Below, piece after piece: positions 15,791-26,408 of a stretch of 64,000 bases of DNA. The DNA is from Nitrospirota bacterium. GTDB taxonomy: Bacteria; Nitrospirota; JACRHJ01. The notes under the pieces were generated by a model. It ran no database searches and was not told the origin of the DNA. It saw nothing but the letters and a program-made list of their open reading frames with translations. Location: the NCBI GenBank assembly GCA_963845245.1, contig CAWJRJ010000022.1:1-64000 (forward strand). Direction: 5' to 3'. The translations under genes were made by a program, and so were the position numbers. Each line of letters begins with the position of its first letter. Positions within the stretch are counted from its first letter, which is position 1.

Positions 15791-16840
15791 TTATTCAAAA
15801 TCAAGGCTGTCGCGCCCCACTGAAACCTCGGCTACCGATGCGCTCTGCGCTTCAGGTGCCATAGCCTCTCCGCCTTCCTGCGGCGAAGCTGACTGCCCTT
15901 CCGGCTTTTTGCCCCTTCGTCTGCGCCTCACCCTCTTCTTATGGGGGGCCGCCTCCGCGGGTTGATCTTCCCCGCCCGGATGCTCGGCCTGGGCAAGTTC
16001 CCGGGTCTTCTTGATGGCACGGAACTTCATCCTCTCGTCCTTTTCCATCCTAGCCATACGGGCCTGGCGCTCCTGCACAGTTTCAGATGGAAGCTCAACG
16101 GGCTTTACCAGCTTTTGCTGCGAAGACGGAGCACCACCGCGCTTTCTGGGTTCCTGCTTTCTGGAGGAAGGCTGCGCAAATGGCTGCGATGGCGGCTGTG
16201 AAGAGGGCTGACCTTCAAGCCTGCTCTCGAGACGGGATATCTGCTTCTGCAAACGGGTGAGTGTCTCGTTAAGCGGGTCGGGCATGTGAAGATGGTCAAG
16301 CATCGCGGCCTCGGCCGTCTTCTCGCCGTGCACCCTCACTACCCTACCGGGTACGCCGACAACGGTCGAATGAGGCGGGACGGAAGTAAGGACCACGGCG
16401 TTCGCGCCGATCTTGACTCGGTCCCCGACGGTTATGCCGCCGAGCACCTTCGCCCCTGCCCCGACGACTACGTAGTTGCCGAGTGTCGGGTGGCGCTTGC
16501 CGCGCTCCTTGCCCGTGCCGCCCAGTGTAACGCCCTGGAAGAGCAGGCAATGCTCGCCTATCTCAGTCGTCTCCCCGATGACCACTCCCATGCCGTGGTC
16601 GATAAAGAGGCTGCCGCCGATCTTTGCGGCCGGGTGTATTTCTATGCCGGTAAACAACCTTGCAGCCTGGGATAGAGCCCTAGCGAAAAACGGCATACCC
16701 ATGCGGTGAAACCAGTGCGCTATCCGGTGTGCTAGCAATGCATGGAAACCGGAATAAGTGAAAAGCACCTCCAACTTGCTGGTCGCGGCAGGGTCCATCT
16801 CGAAGACGGCCCTGAAATCCGCCCTTATCTTGTCAAACAT
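15791..16840 (-). CDS. cysE: Serine O-acetyltransferase with about 140-aa low-complexity C-terminal tail
   Basis: TGIEIHPAAKIG, FIDHGMGVVIGET, GGTGKERGKRHPTLG hexapeptide repeats. Confidence 0.95.
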   Translation of the reverse strand: MFDKIRADFRAVFEMDPAATSKLEVLFTYSGFHALLAHRIAHWFHRMGMPFFARALSQAARLFTGIEIHPAAKIGGSLFIDHGMGVVIGETTEIGEHCLLFQGVTLGGTGKERGKRHPTLGNYVVVGAGAKVLGGITVGDRVKIGANAVVLTSVPPHSTVVGVPGRVVRVHGEKTAEAAMLDHLHMPDPLNETLTRLQKQISRLESRLEGQPSSQPPSQPFAQPSSRKQEPRKRGGAPSSQQKLVKPVELPSETVQERQARMARMEKDERMKFRAIKKTRELAQAEHPGGEDQPAEAAPHKKRVRRRRRGKKPEGQSASPQEGGEAMAPEAQSASVAEVSVGRDSLDFE

Positions 16841-16849
16841 TCAAATCCT

Positions 16850-17338
16850 CTATTCCCGTGGCCCTCTGACCAGTGTGCAGACCGCCTGGGAGGCTATGCC
16901 TTCCCCTCTCCCTTCGGGACCAAGACCTTCGGTTGTGGTAGCCTTTACGTTTACCGACCCGATGTCGACTCCGAGGTCGCTTGCTATGTTCTCCCTCATT
17001 GCGGGTATGAAGGATGCGAGCTTCGGTCTCTGCGCAACTATTACTGAGTCCACGTTTGAAATGCTGAAATTGTTGTCCCGGATTTTCTTCGCGACCGAGG
17101 CCAGGAGCTTCCTGCTCGATATGCCTTTGTATGATTGGTCTGTATCCGGGAAATGGATGCCGATATCGCCAAGGCCCGCCGCTCCAAGCAGGGCATCCGC
17201 GATGGCATGGAGGAGGACGTCGGCGTCGGAATGGCCCAGAAGCCCTTTCTCGAAGGGGACGTCAACCCCGCCAAGTATCAACTTGCGGCCCTCGACAAGC
17301 CGGTGTACGTCATAGCCTATACCTGTCCTTATAGTCAC
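16850..17338 (-). CDS. ispF: 2-C-methyl-D-erythritol 2,4-cyclodiphosphate synthase
   Basis: [26 protein letters not shown]. Confidence 0.97.
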   Translation of the reverse strand: MTIRTGIGYDVHRLVEGRKLILGGVDVPFEKGLLGHSDADVLLHAIADALLGAAGLGDIGIHFPDTDQSYKGISSRKLLASVAKKIRDNNFSISNVDSVIVAQRPKLASFIPAMRENIASDLGVDIGSVNVKATTTEGLGPEGRGEGIASQAVCTLVRGPRE

Positions 17339-18051
17339 GCGTGCCGTCCTGTGCCCTTATTCTGCGCCTCTTTCTTCAGCAGGGCCTCGGCCATGACCAT
17401 GTCTTCGGGGGTGGTGATCTTGATGTTCGAGTAGGAGCCCATCACGACCTTTACTTTTCCGCCGTACCTCTCCACTAGCGAGGCCTCGTCGGTGCCGTAG
17501 AAACCGTCCGCATAGGCTTTCTCGAAGGCACTCTTTAATGCATGGTACCTGAAGGCCTGTGGTGTCTGTACTTGATAACAGCTCTGCCTGTCCAGGGTTT
17601 TCCTGACCATCCCGTCCTTTGTGACCTCCTTCAGGGTATCCTTTGCGGGCACGGCAAGTATCGCCCCGTCGCAGGTCGCCAGCGCCTTCAAAAGCTCCTC
17701 TACAAGTTCCGCAGTCACAAAGGGGCGGACGCCGTCATGGACCATCACGACATCAGTGTCGGGGTCCACGCTCTTGAGGCCGTTATAAACGGAGTCCTGC
17801 CTCTGGTGCCCGCCCGGCACTACACGCTTTACCTTTTTCAGGCTCTGACACTCCACACAGTCTTCCAGGCAGTGCTCAAGCTCGTCCTGCGGGACAATCG
17901 GGATTATCTCCGAGATATCCTTGATGCTTTCGAAGAGGTGGAGGGTATGCGCAAGCACGGGGCGTCCGTCAAGCAGCAGGAACTGCTTCTTTATCCCCTT
18001 ACCCATCCGCGTGCCAGACCCTGCCGCAGGCACAAGAACCGTGATCTTCAA
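17335..18051 (-). CDS. ispD: 2-C-methyl-D-erythritol 4-phosphate cytidylyltransferase
   Basis: [36 protein letters not shown]. Confidence 0.97.
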   Translation of the reverse strand: MKITVLVPAAGSGTRMGKGIKKQFLLLDGRPVLAHTLHLFESIKDISEIIPIVPQDELEHCLEDCVECQSLKKVKRVVPGGHQRQDSVYNGLKSVDPDTDVVMVHDGVRPFVTAELVEELLKALATCDGAILAVPAKDTLKEVTKDGMVRKTLDRQSCYQVQTPQAFRYHALKSAFEKAYADGFYGTDEASLVERYGGKVKVVMGSYSNIKITTPEDMVMAEALLKKEAQNKGTGRHA

Positions 18052-18079
18052 GCTTCAGCCCTCTCTCTAATGAATAACA

Positions 18080-19109
18080 TCAGCTTGCACTGACAGAATG
18101 GAACTCCTCCCGCTCGGACTCCTCCTTCAGCTTGGTGAATATCATCCTGCCGGCAGTGGTCTGAAGGACCGAGGTCACGGCCACGTCCACCGTCTTGCCT
18201 ATGGACTTCCTGCCGTTCTCCACCACTATCATCGTCCCGTCGTCAAGGTAGCCCACCCCCTGGCCAAACTCCTTGCCCTCCTTGAGGACGAACACCCGCA
18301 TTATCTCGCCGGGCAGGACCACCGGCTTTACCGCGTTTGAAAGCTCGTTGATGTTGAGGACGGCAACGCCTTGCAGCTCCGCGACCTTGTTGAGGTTGAA
18401 GTCGTTGGTTATGACCTTGCCGTTCTTCACCTTTGCAAGCGCTACCAGCTTCGCGTCCACCTCCCTTATCTTCGGGAAGTCTTCTTCGATTATCTTGACG
18501 TCGAGGCCGGACAGCTTCTGTATCCTGTGCAGGATGTCGAGCCCGCGCCTGCCCCTGCGCCCTCTTCAACGGGTCGGACGAGTCGGCTATATGCTGGAGC
18601 TCATGAAGTATGAACTGCGGGATGATAAACTCTCCTTCCAGAAACCCGGTCTCGCAGATATCGGCTATCCTGCCGTCGATTATCACGCTGGTATCGAGTA
18701 TCTTTATGTTGCCGGATTCCTCCGGGGCCTTGAAGACGTTTATCGTCTTCCTGAAGTTGAACTCGTTGCCCTTCTGGGCGCCGAAGACAAGCCCGAAGTA
18801 GCCCAGTACGGTATAAATGAGAAACCTGGCTATGCCGGCCATGTCCGTCGAGATCGGCAGGCGTTTAAGGGGCAGCGAGACAAGGGCAGCAAGCAGTATT
18901 CCAGCCGCCAGCCCGATTACGGCACCAGTCAAAGCCCTTACCGGCGCCTTGCGGACTGCAAGCTCCAGCAATATGGCTACAAGCCCTACTGAAAACCCGA
19001 TACCTGCCCCCAGGAACGGCTGCTCCGCAAACTGCGTCATCCCGGAAAAGATAAGGTGTCCGGTAAGCGCGGCAGCCAAAAGAAAAATTCCGCGTATTAC
19101 GTTTATCAT
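18080..19109 (-). CDS. Membrane PIN/TRAM-domain protein (YacL-like); apparent indel near 18560
   Basis: Four TM helices, [12 protein letters not shown] (PIN), [24 protein letters not shown] and QTTAGRMIF (TRAM); upstream of ispD. Confidence 0.92.
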
Positions 19110-19158
19110 AATTCCTCCAGAACCACTACTATAATACTGTATGGTATGACTACAACAA

Positions 19159-20653
19159 CTAATCCGCCGGGCCGATGGACATCCAGAGTGTAGCGCCTTG
19201 CCTGTTTATAAGGAGAAGGACCGGCTCGTCTTTTTTAAGTTTTGCTACGATGGCATTATAATTTTTTGTATTCTTTACCGCCTTTTTGTTGATAGACAGT
19301 ATAACGTCTCCCCTGGCAAGCCCTGCCTCATCCGCGGCACTACCCTGTTCGACAGTTATAACTACTACGCCAGCTACGTCCTTGTCGAGCCCCAGCTTGT
19401 CGATCATTTCAGGGGTGAGGTCCTGTACAGTCACCCCCGTAAGGGCTGAGGTCGTCTCTGGGGTCTCTGCACCGCCCTGGCCTGCCTGGGCTTCCTTGGG
19501 CTGCTCGCCGACTTCCACATCAACTGTCATCTTGTTCTTATCTCTTATGATATCCAGCTTGAGACGGCTGCCGACCTTGGTCGAGGCTGCCATGTTCCTC
19601 AGGTGGCCGGAATCCTCAACTTTCTTGCCGTCAACTGCGACTATCACGTCTCCTCTTTTTATCCCTGCCTTTTCAGCCGGGCTGCCCTTGACAACCTCGC
19701 CGACGAGGGCGCCCTCGGCGTTCTCGACTCCGAACTGTTTTGCAAGCTCCGGGGTGACATCCTGTACAGACACGCCAAGCCAGCCGCGCACCACCTTCCC
19801 GGTTTTGACCAGGCTGTCCATCACCTGCTTGGCAATCTTTGCAGGCACGGCAAAGCCTATACCCTGATAACCTCCCGTACGGGAGAATATCGCGGTGTTT
19901 ACTGCCGACGAGTTGGCCTCTCATGTTGATGAGCGCCCCTCCGGAGTTACCGGGGTTAATAGCCGCATCCGTCTGGATGAAGTCCTCGTAATCGGTAATG
20001 CCCACGTTAGCACGCCCGACAGCCGAAACTATACCTGTCGTAACAGACTGGCTAAGCCCGAACGGGCTACCGACGGCCATCACCATCTCACCGGCCCTGA
20101 GTTCGTCAGAACTACCCCATTGAAGCGCGGGAAGATGTTTTGCGTCGATCTTTATCACGGCAATGTCGCTCCTCGGATCTGTGCCGATGACCTTGCCCTT
20201 GAACTCGCTCTTATCGTTTAGCACCACCTTTATCTCGGAAGCGCCATCGATCACGTGGTTGTTTGTGACAATATATCCGTCGGGCGAGACTATAACCCCG
20301 GAGCCAAGGCTGCGTTCCTTGAACTCCTGGTACCTTCCGCCGCCGCTTCCATCAGGCTGGCCAAAGAATTTCCTTAAAAACGGGTCCTCAAAGAAGGGGT
20401 AAAGGGGGTTTTCCTGCTTCACCGTCTTTGTCGTCGATATGTTAACTACCGAAGGTGTCACCGCCGCGGCTACATCCGCGAGCGCATTGCTGAGTTCGGT
20501 AAGGGCTGGGCTAACTTTCAGGGTTGGACGGGTTGCCGCGGAACCGAAATTTATGAGATCAAAGCGGGATGAAATGGTCAGACCGACCACTGCTCCAGCA
20601 AAAAGCAGCACAACAATCCAGGCAGCCGTAATTTTTTTGTTAAAACGTAACAT
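19159..20653 (-). CDS. degP: DegP/DegQ (HtrA) periplasmic serine protease with two PDZ domains; apparent indel near 19900
   Basis: SLGSGVIV, TNNHV, DIAVIK, IQTDAAINPGNSGG; PDZ domains in ORF 19159-19848. Confidence 0.93.
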
Positions 20654-20779
20654 GGCGATTCTCCTCCCTCCAGAAAATAGCTTAATATTACGACGAAAAG
20701 TATTCCAAACCTCTGCCGTTACCGAAAGTATAACATCCCGTGCGGTAATAGTAAATAGTTATTAAGGAGTTATGCGGAC

Positions 20780-21308
20780 TCAGGACTGCGGGGTGATTTT
20801 ATAGAGGCCCTTCAAATGTCGGTAATTTTCGGCATGGTCGAGGCCATAACCCACCAAAAATACGTCCTCCACCACGATACCTGTATAATCGGGACGATAT
20901 TCTGTCTTTCTGCGTGACGGTTTGTCAAGAAGCGTGCAGACCTTAAGGGATGCCGGCCCCTTTGATTCCATCCGTGCGATGATGGCTGCAAGTGTCTGCC
21001 CTGTATCGATTATGTCCTCGACGATGATGACGTCCTGTCCCTGAATATCAAGGTCCATGCCGTCAAGTTCAATGATGCCTTTCGAGGTCGTACCGCCACC
21101 GTAGCTTGAAGCGCGGATAAACTCTATCCTAACAGGGAGTTCCAGGTGCCGGACGAGGTCTGCCATGAAGATGAAAGAGCCCTTCAGCACACCGACAAGC
21201 ACCGGTGCCTTGCACTTGTAGTCATCGTTGATAAGCCCGGCCAGCCTTTGTACTCGCGGCGGCGACCTCGGAGGGGCTTATGACCTCCTCAAGCAATGGT
21301 TCCGGCAT
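20780..21308 (-). CDS. hpt: Hypoxanthine phosphoribosyltransferase; apparent indel near 21255
   Basis: GVLKGSFIFMADL, IVEDIIDTGQT, LLDKPSRR, VGYGLD; ATG at 21308 in the shifted frame. Confidence 0.93.
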
Positions 21309-22533
21309 CCGGGGTTACCTCCTTGATTTCATTGATTTGAACCTTTTTCAGCACATACATTGCAACCAGTATGAACATCAGCAGGCTGAATATCGCGATC
21401 CTGTACCTGACGATGCCAAGCGGCTCAAAGGCGAGGATTATCCCTCCCCATACGAGCGGGCCTACCACGAAACCGAACTTTCCGCCGAGGTTGTAAAGCC
21501 CGTAGATCTCACCGAATTTGCGCGGTGGGGACAGCCTCGCCACAAGCGCGCGTGATGCGACCCATGTCGAGCCGAGCGATATCCCGGCCAGCGGCCCTAC
21601 CGCCCAGAACACCGTCTTGCTGAAGCTGAAACATGCAATCAGCATTGTAACTGCCCAGAGCAGGAGCGCCTGCATCAGCGCCCTCTTCGGCCCCAGCCAG
21701 TCGGTTACCTTCCCGGCAATGAACGAGCCTACCGCGGCAAACACGGTCGATACGATGAGGAATGTCCTTATCGCCTTGTCGTCCATGCCTATCGCCTTGC
21801 TCGCGTATACCGCCATGAATACTATCACGGTGTTTACCGCGTCGCTGTATATCAGGTTCGCGATTAAAAACCTCAGGAGCCCGGGATAGCGGCGGGTATT
21901 CTTGAGGGTAAGAAATATCTTCTTGAACTCCCTCTTTATGCCGTAGGACTTTTTCGGTTTCCTCCTCGAATGTTCCTTTACGAACAGGAAGCATGGGATT
22001 GCAAAAACAAGGAAAAGTACTGCCGTCGGCAGGAACGCGGCCGACCTGCCGCCGCTGTCAACGAACGGCTTTACCATCATCAGGCCGCCTATCGAGCCGA
22101 GGTACCCAAGCGCAACGCCAAGGCCAGACACACTGCCGATGTTGACGCCCTCGCTCACTTCCGGCAGGAGGGAGTCGTAGGGCGCAAGCGCGGTCATGTA
22201 GCCGAAGTTGGCAATGGAGAACAGCAGCAGCGCCACGAACAGGCTGCCGGAAAGGCTGATAGCGGCCGTCGCCGATACGCAGAGCAACGTGAGCACAATC
22301 AGGAACGGCATCCTGCTTTTTCTGCGGTCCGAGACAGCCCCTATGATGGGCATGACGGCCCCGGCGGCTACGACGGATACCGATAAGGCTATGCTGTAGT
22401 AGATATCCTTCCCGCCCATCTCTTGCGTGATCCACAGCGGGAAGTACATGGACAGCATGTTCATCGAGAACATTGTGTTGGCATAGTCGTAGAGCGCCCA
22501 TGAGAACACGCGGGCCTTGCGGGGTATGGGCAT
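21289..22533 (-). CDS. MFS transporter, UMF1/ATG22-like family
   Basis: SWALYDYAN, YDSLLPEV, VSGLGVALGYLG, EIYGLYNL; about 12 TM segments. Confidence 0.88.
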   Translation of the reverse strand: MPIPRKARVFSWALYDYANTMFSMNMLSMYFPLWITQEMGGKDIYYSIALSVSVVAAGAVMPIIGAVSDRRKSRMPFLIVLTLLCVSATAAISLSGSLFVALLLFSIANFGYMTALAPYDSLLPEVSEGVNIGSVSGLGVALGYLGSIGGLMMVKPFVDSGGRSAAFLPTAVLFLVFAIPCFLFVKEHSRRKPKKSYGIKREFKKIFLTLKNTRRYPGLLRFLIANLIYSDAVNTVIVFMAVYASKAIGMDDKAIRTFLIVSTVFAAVGSFIAGKVTDWLGPKRALMQALLLWAVTMLIACFSFSKTVFWAVGPLAGISLGSTWVASRALVARLSPPRKFGEIYGLYNLGGKFGFVVGPLVWGGIILAFEPLGIVRYRIAIFSLLMFILVAMYVLKKVQINEIKEVTPDAGTIA

Positions 22534-22537
22534 GGGG

Positions 22538-23586
22538 TCAGGCCTTCACGTAGATGGGGTTCGAGAATATCCAGGCGCGGTCAGGGCCGAAGAGGCTTTT
22601 CTTGAACACCTCGACACGGAAGACGCCGGGCTTCTTCACGGTATAGAGGTGATGCTTGCCGTAGCCTTCACGCCAGGGCGCGCCGTTCTTTATTATCCTG
22701 ACCTTTGCCGAGCGTGGCAGTATCACCTCTAACTTCACGCCACCCGACAGGGTCATCTCGTCGCCCATCATCACCTTGCGCGAGGCGGTTGATGCGTTGA
22801 ACTCGAAACCCCTGCCGCTGCCGATAATGTCGAAGGATACGAAACAGTGGCCGCGCTCAAGGGCGGTATAGACGGTCTTTTTGTCCGGGCCAAGTTCTCC
22901 CGTCAGGGGCTTGTCCGTTATGATATGCGTGTTGATTGTCTTGAAGAGATACTTGTACGGGAATATCTTCGGCTTGATCGCCCCGATGCCGAACCTGAAT
23001 GCGTGTGCGTCCGTCCCGCCGATTGCGACCACCTTGCCGCTTTTCAGGTATTTGTCCCACATGGCCAGGGTCTCTTTGTCCGGCCCGGTTATCGCGCCGC
23101 GCCTGTTCAGGTAGTAAAAAAGCGCCTTGGGCCAGCTCGTTATCGGGCCCTTCCACTGCGATATGAAGTTCCAGATGCATATGCCGGTGAAGCCGGAGAC
23201 GTTCCAGTTGTCCCAGGTAAAGGCGTGGCCTTTGTACCCGTACTTGCAGCCCTTCTCAAAAGGGTGGGCGATGAACCCTATCCCCCCCTGTGCATGTACG
23301 GCGTCTATCACTGACTGGGGGTTATGCTGGTTGTCCGGGATTTCCTTCGCCACGCGCCAGGCGAGGTAGTGGTTGTGCTCGGTGCCTATCTCGGTGCCGA
23401 ACAGCATCAGCACCTTGCCGTGCCAGCCCTCCTTGCCGTCCCGGATGGGCTTCAGGGTGTGGTGGTCGGTCATACCGACGAAATCCAAGCCCCGCAATCA
23501 CGCGCCGCTTCCGCTATCTCTTCAATAGTGCCGGTGCCGTCCGAGTATGTGGAATGTACGTGGAGGTTCCCTACATATTCGCTCAT
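22538..23586 (-). CDS. PHP-domain metallohydrolase (CehA/McbA-like); apparent indel near 23500
   Basis: Shifted N-terminus MSEYVGNLHVHSTYSDG, then TDHH, AHPF, GGTDAH and WIFSNPIY. Confidence 0.85.
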
Positions 23587-23732
23587 ATACCTATCGTAAC
23601 ATCGCGAAATATCAGAGTCAATACCAATGAGCAGGATGGAATCCACCGGGTTATCTATCTCTTGATTTAAATAAGCGTTACTGTATAATATTATAAGCGA
23701 TAATCGAGCGCATTACCACAAAGGAGCCGAAC

Positions 23733-23945
23733 ATGAAAGCATACAATCTTTCGGTCATCATAGAGCAGGACGAAGACGGCTACTACGTCGCCACCGTACC
23801 GGTTCTTAAAAGCTGCTACACCCAGGCAAAGTCCATGGACGAGCTTATTCCGAGAATCAAGGAAGTCATCGACCTGTGCCTTGAAGAGGAGGAGCCGGAG
23901 TCATTGAGGTTTGTCGGCGTCCAACAGGTCGAAGTTGTGAAATGA
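23733..23945 (+). CDS. hicB: HicB-family antitoxin (short, no DNA-binding domain)
   Basis: VIIEQDEDGYYVATVPVLKSCYTQAKSMDEL...IKEVIDLCLE. Confidence 0.9.
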   Translation: MKAYNLSVIIEQDEDGYYVATVPVLKSCYTQAKSMDELIPRIKEVIDLCLEEEEPESLRFVGVQQVEVVK

Positions 23946-24172
23946 CCACCTTCCCCGTCGTCAAGGCCGACCGGCTTATAAAATTTCTTATTGAACACGG
24001 CTTCCAGGAAACACGACAAAAGGGAAGCCATAAATTTTTCAGGCACCCTGACGGCAGGACTTGCGTGGTCCCTTTCCATAAAGGCGAAGACCTCGGCAAA
24101 GGCATTTTACGAAAAATACTGAACGACATAGAGGTTTCAAAAGAAGATTTCTATAACTGGTATTTGGGTTAG
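23942..24172 (+). CDS. hicA: HicA-family mRNA interferase toxin
   Basis: GFQETRQKGSHKFFRHPDGRTCVVPFH...GILRKIL; start overlaps the hicB stop (ATGA). Confidence 0.93.
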   Translation: MTTFPVVKADRLIKFLIEHGFQETRQKGSHKFFRHPDGRTCVVPFHKGEDLGKGILRKILNDIEVSKEDFYNWYLG

Positions 24173-24224
24173 CAAGAGCCGGGCAATACCGATGTGTACC
24201 TATTTTTAATTGTGGAGGTCTTTC

Positions 24225-24584
24225 ATGACAACCGGCAAAGAAAGGTATATATCACTCAGCAGATTTGGGTTGTGTATTGGAGCCGCCCTAATTTTAGTCT
24301 TTTATTCCAATGCTGCTGCTTCCACTCACCTCACTTATTATTTGCCAATTGGCGTAGTTCTCATGTCAGCCTATTCCTGGCTCGTTATAAAAAAACTTAG
24401 AGGTATATACCCTGTTTCATCAAGGGCAATAGGTCAGTTAAGTTTAACTTTTCTTGTATATGGCTTAACTAGTTTTAACCAAATGAATAATATTAAACAA
24501 TCAATTAAACAGGGCTTAGTCGCAGATGATGCGACAATTTACAAATTTGCTTGTAATGTAGTACAGAGCAATATAGCAGTGTGA
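24225..24584 (+). CDS. Hypothetical membrane protein (AT-rich)
   Basis: GGAGG SD before the ATG at 24225; about three hydrophobic segments. Confidence 0.5.
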   Translation: MTTGKERYISLSRFGLCIGAALILVFYSNAAASTHLTYYLPIGVVLMSAYSWLVIKKLRGIYPVSSRAIGQLSLTFLVYGLTSFNQMNNIKQSIKQGLVADDATIYKFACNVVQSNIAV

Positions 24585-24675
24585 TGTTCGTCGGACTATT
24601 GTTAATGTTCTTTGTTTCAAAAAGGAAAAGATACCTAACGCCAGATTGATAATGTCAAATATTAGGGAGATAATT

Positions 24676-25008
24676 ATGCCTGACGCTGACGAAAATAAGT
24701 CTGAACTGGAGTTTGTAGAGAAGCTTAGAGAGAAACTTCGTTGTCCAGATGTGCGATGGTGGGAGAGTTGCGAGGGTGTCGCCAAACTTCATTCAATATA
24801 TTGTCATCGACACGGATATTCTGGTCAAGGTAAACGCGAAGGCTGGAAACAAATTGACACAGCTGAGGAACTTAATTTATCTCGCTCAACGGTTACAATT
24901 TACCTTCGCATGGCTGCAAATCTTATAAAATGGCCAGACCTAAAAAATGAGGAAAGTTTTTTGGCGGCTACCGATGCCGTTAAGAGAAAGTTAAATGACC
25001 GAAATTAG
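24676..25008 (+). CDS. Small HTH protein resembling the ParB/KorB central DNA-binding region
   Basis: GWKQIDTAEELNLSRSTVTIYLRMA HTH preceded by VRWWESCEGVAKLH; AGGGAG SD. Confidence 0.6.
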   Translation: MPDADENKSELEFVEKLREKLRCPDVRWWESCEGVAKLHSIYCHRHGYSGQGKREGWKQIDTAEELNLSRSTVTIYLRMAANLIKWPDLKNEESFLAATDAVKRKLNDRN

Positions 25009-25022
25009 GGGGCAAGTCCCAT

Positions 25023-26398
25023 TTAAAGCAACATGCCAATATTATGATGTACCGTCGCCTTTATCGCCTTCCTAACAATGCCCGTCAGTTTCTTCAACTC
25101 CCCTTCGCTTATCGACAGCGGCGGCATAAGCACGATGACATTTCCGAGCGGGCGGATAATCGCGCCGAGCTTGCGCGCCTCCATGCAGACGCGCATCCCC
25201 ATCTTCTCGGATAGCGGGAACGGCTCCTTCGTCTTCTTGTTTTTCACAAGCTCGATGCCGACCATGAACCCCTTTTGCCGCACATCGCCGACATGGGGCA
25301 TGCGGGCAATCTTATCAAGCTCCGCTTTTTAAAAGCGCGATCTTCGGCTGAAGCTTCTCAAGGGTCTGCTCGTCCTCGAAGACCTTGAGGTTCGCAATCG
25401 CCGCCGCGCAGGCGAGCGGGTTCGCGGTGTAGCTGTGGCCGTGGAAGAAGGTCTTGAACTCGCTGTAATCGGCCAGGAAGCCCTCGTATATCTTGGCGGT
25501 GGTAACCGTGGCCGCGAGCGGCAGGTAGCCGCCGGTTATGCCCTTTGGAGAGGCAGATGATGTCCGGCGAGACGCCTTCCTGCTCGCAGGCGAACATCGT
25601 CCCCGTGCGCCCGAACCCGGTCGCGACCTCGTCCGCTATCATGAATATGCCGTGGCGGTCGCAGATCTCGCGGACGCGCTTTAGGTACCCCGGCGGCTGG
25701 ACGTACATCCCCGCCGCGCCCTGCACCAGCGGCTCGACGACCACCGCCGCGACCTCGCCTTCGTTAGACTGCACAAGACGGCCCAACTCTTCCACGCACT
25801 CAAGCCCGCATTCGGGGTAGGAGAGCCCCTTCTCGCACCTGTAACAGTACGGCGCCTGCGCCTTTATGGTATCGAACAGGAGCGGCCTGAATATGTCGTG
25901 GAACAGCTCCATCCCGCCGACGCTGACGGAGCCGATGGTGTCGCCGTGGTAGGCCTCCTTCAGGCAGATGAATTTCGTCCTCTTTGACTCCCCATTCTGG
26001 CGCCAGTACTGGAAGGCCATCTTCAGGGCTATCTCGACGGAGGTGGAGCCGTTGTCGGAATAGAACACCCGCTCAAGCCCGGCGGGGGTAATCTCAACGA
26101 GCCTCTTCGCAAGCTCTATCGCGGTGGGATGGGTGAGACCGAGGAATGTGGTATGCGCGACCTTCTTGAGCTGGTCGGTTATCGCGCGGTCGATCTCTTT
26201 CTTTTGGTGGCCGTGGACATTGACCCAAAGCGACGAGACGCCGTCTATGTATTTGTTGCCATCGGCGTCATACAGCCAGCTCCCCTTGCCGCGCTCGATG
26301 ACGAGCTGGTCTTCGGCCTCCCAGTCGCGCATCTGGGTGAACGGGTGCCAGATGTATTTTTTGTCGTCGGCGATAAGTTTTTTGTTCATGCTGTCCAT
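25023..26398 (-). CDS. bioA: Adenosylmethionine-8-amino-7-oxononanoate aminotransferase; two apparent indels
   Basis: [66 protein letters not shown]. Confidence 0.95.
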
Positions 26399-26408
26399 CT
26401 GAATCCCC

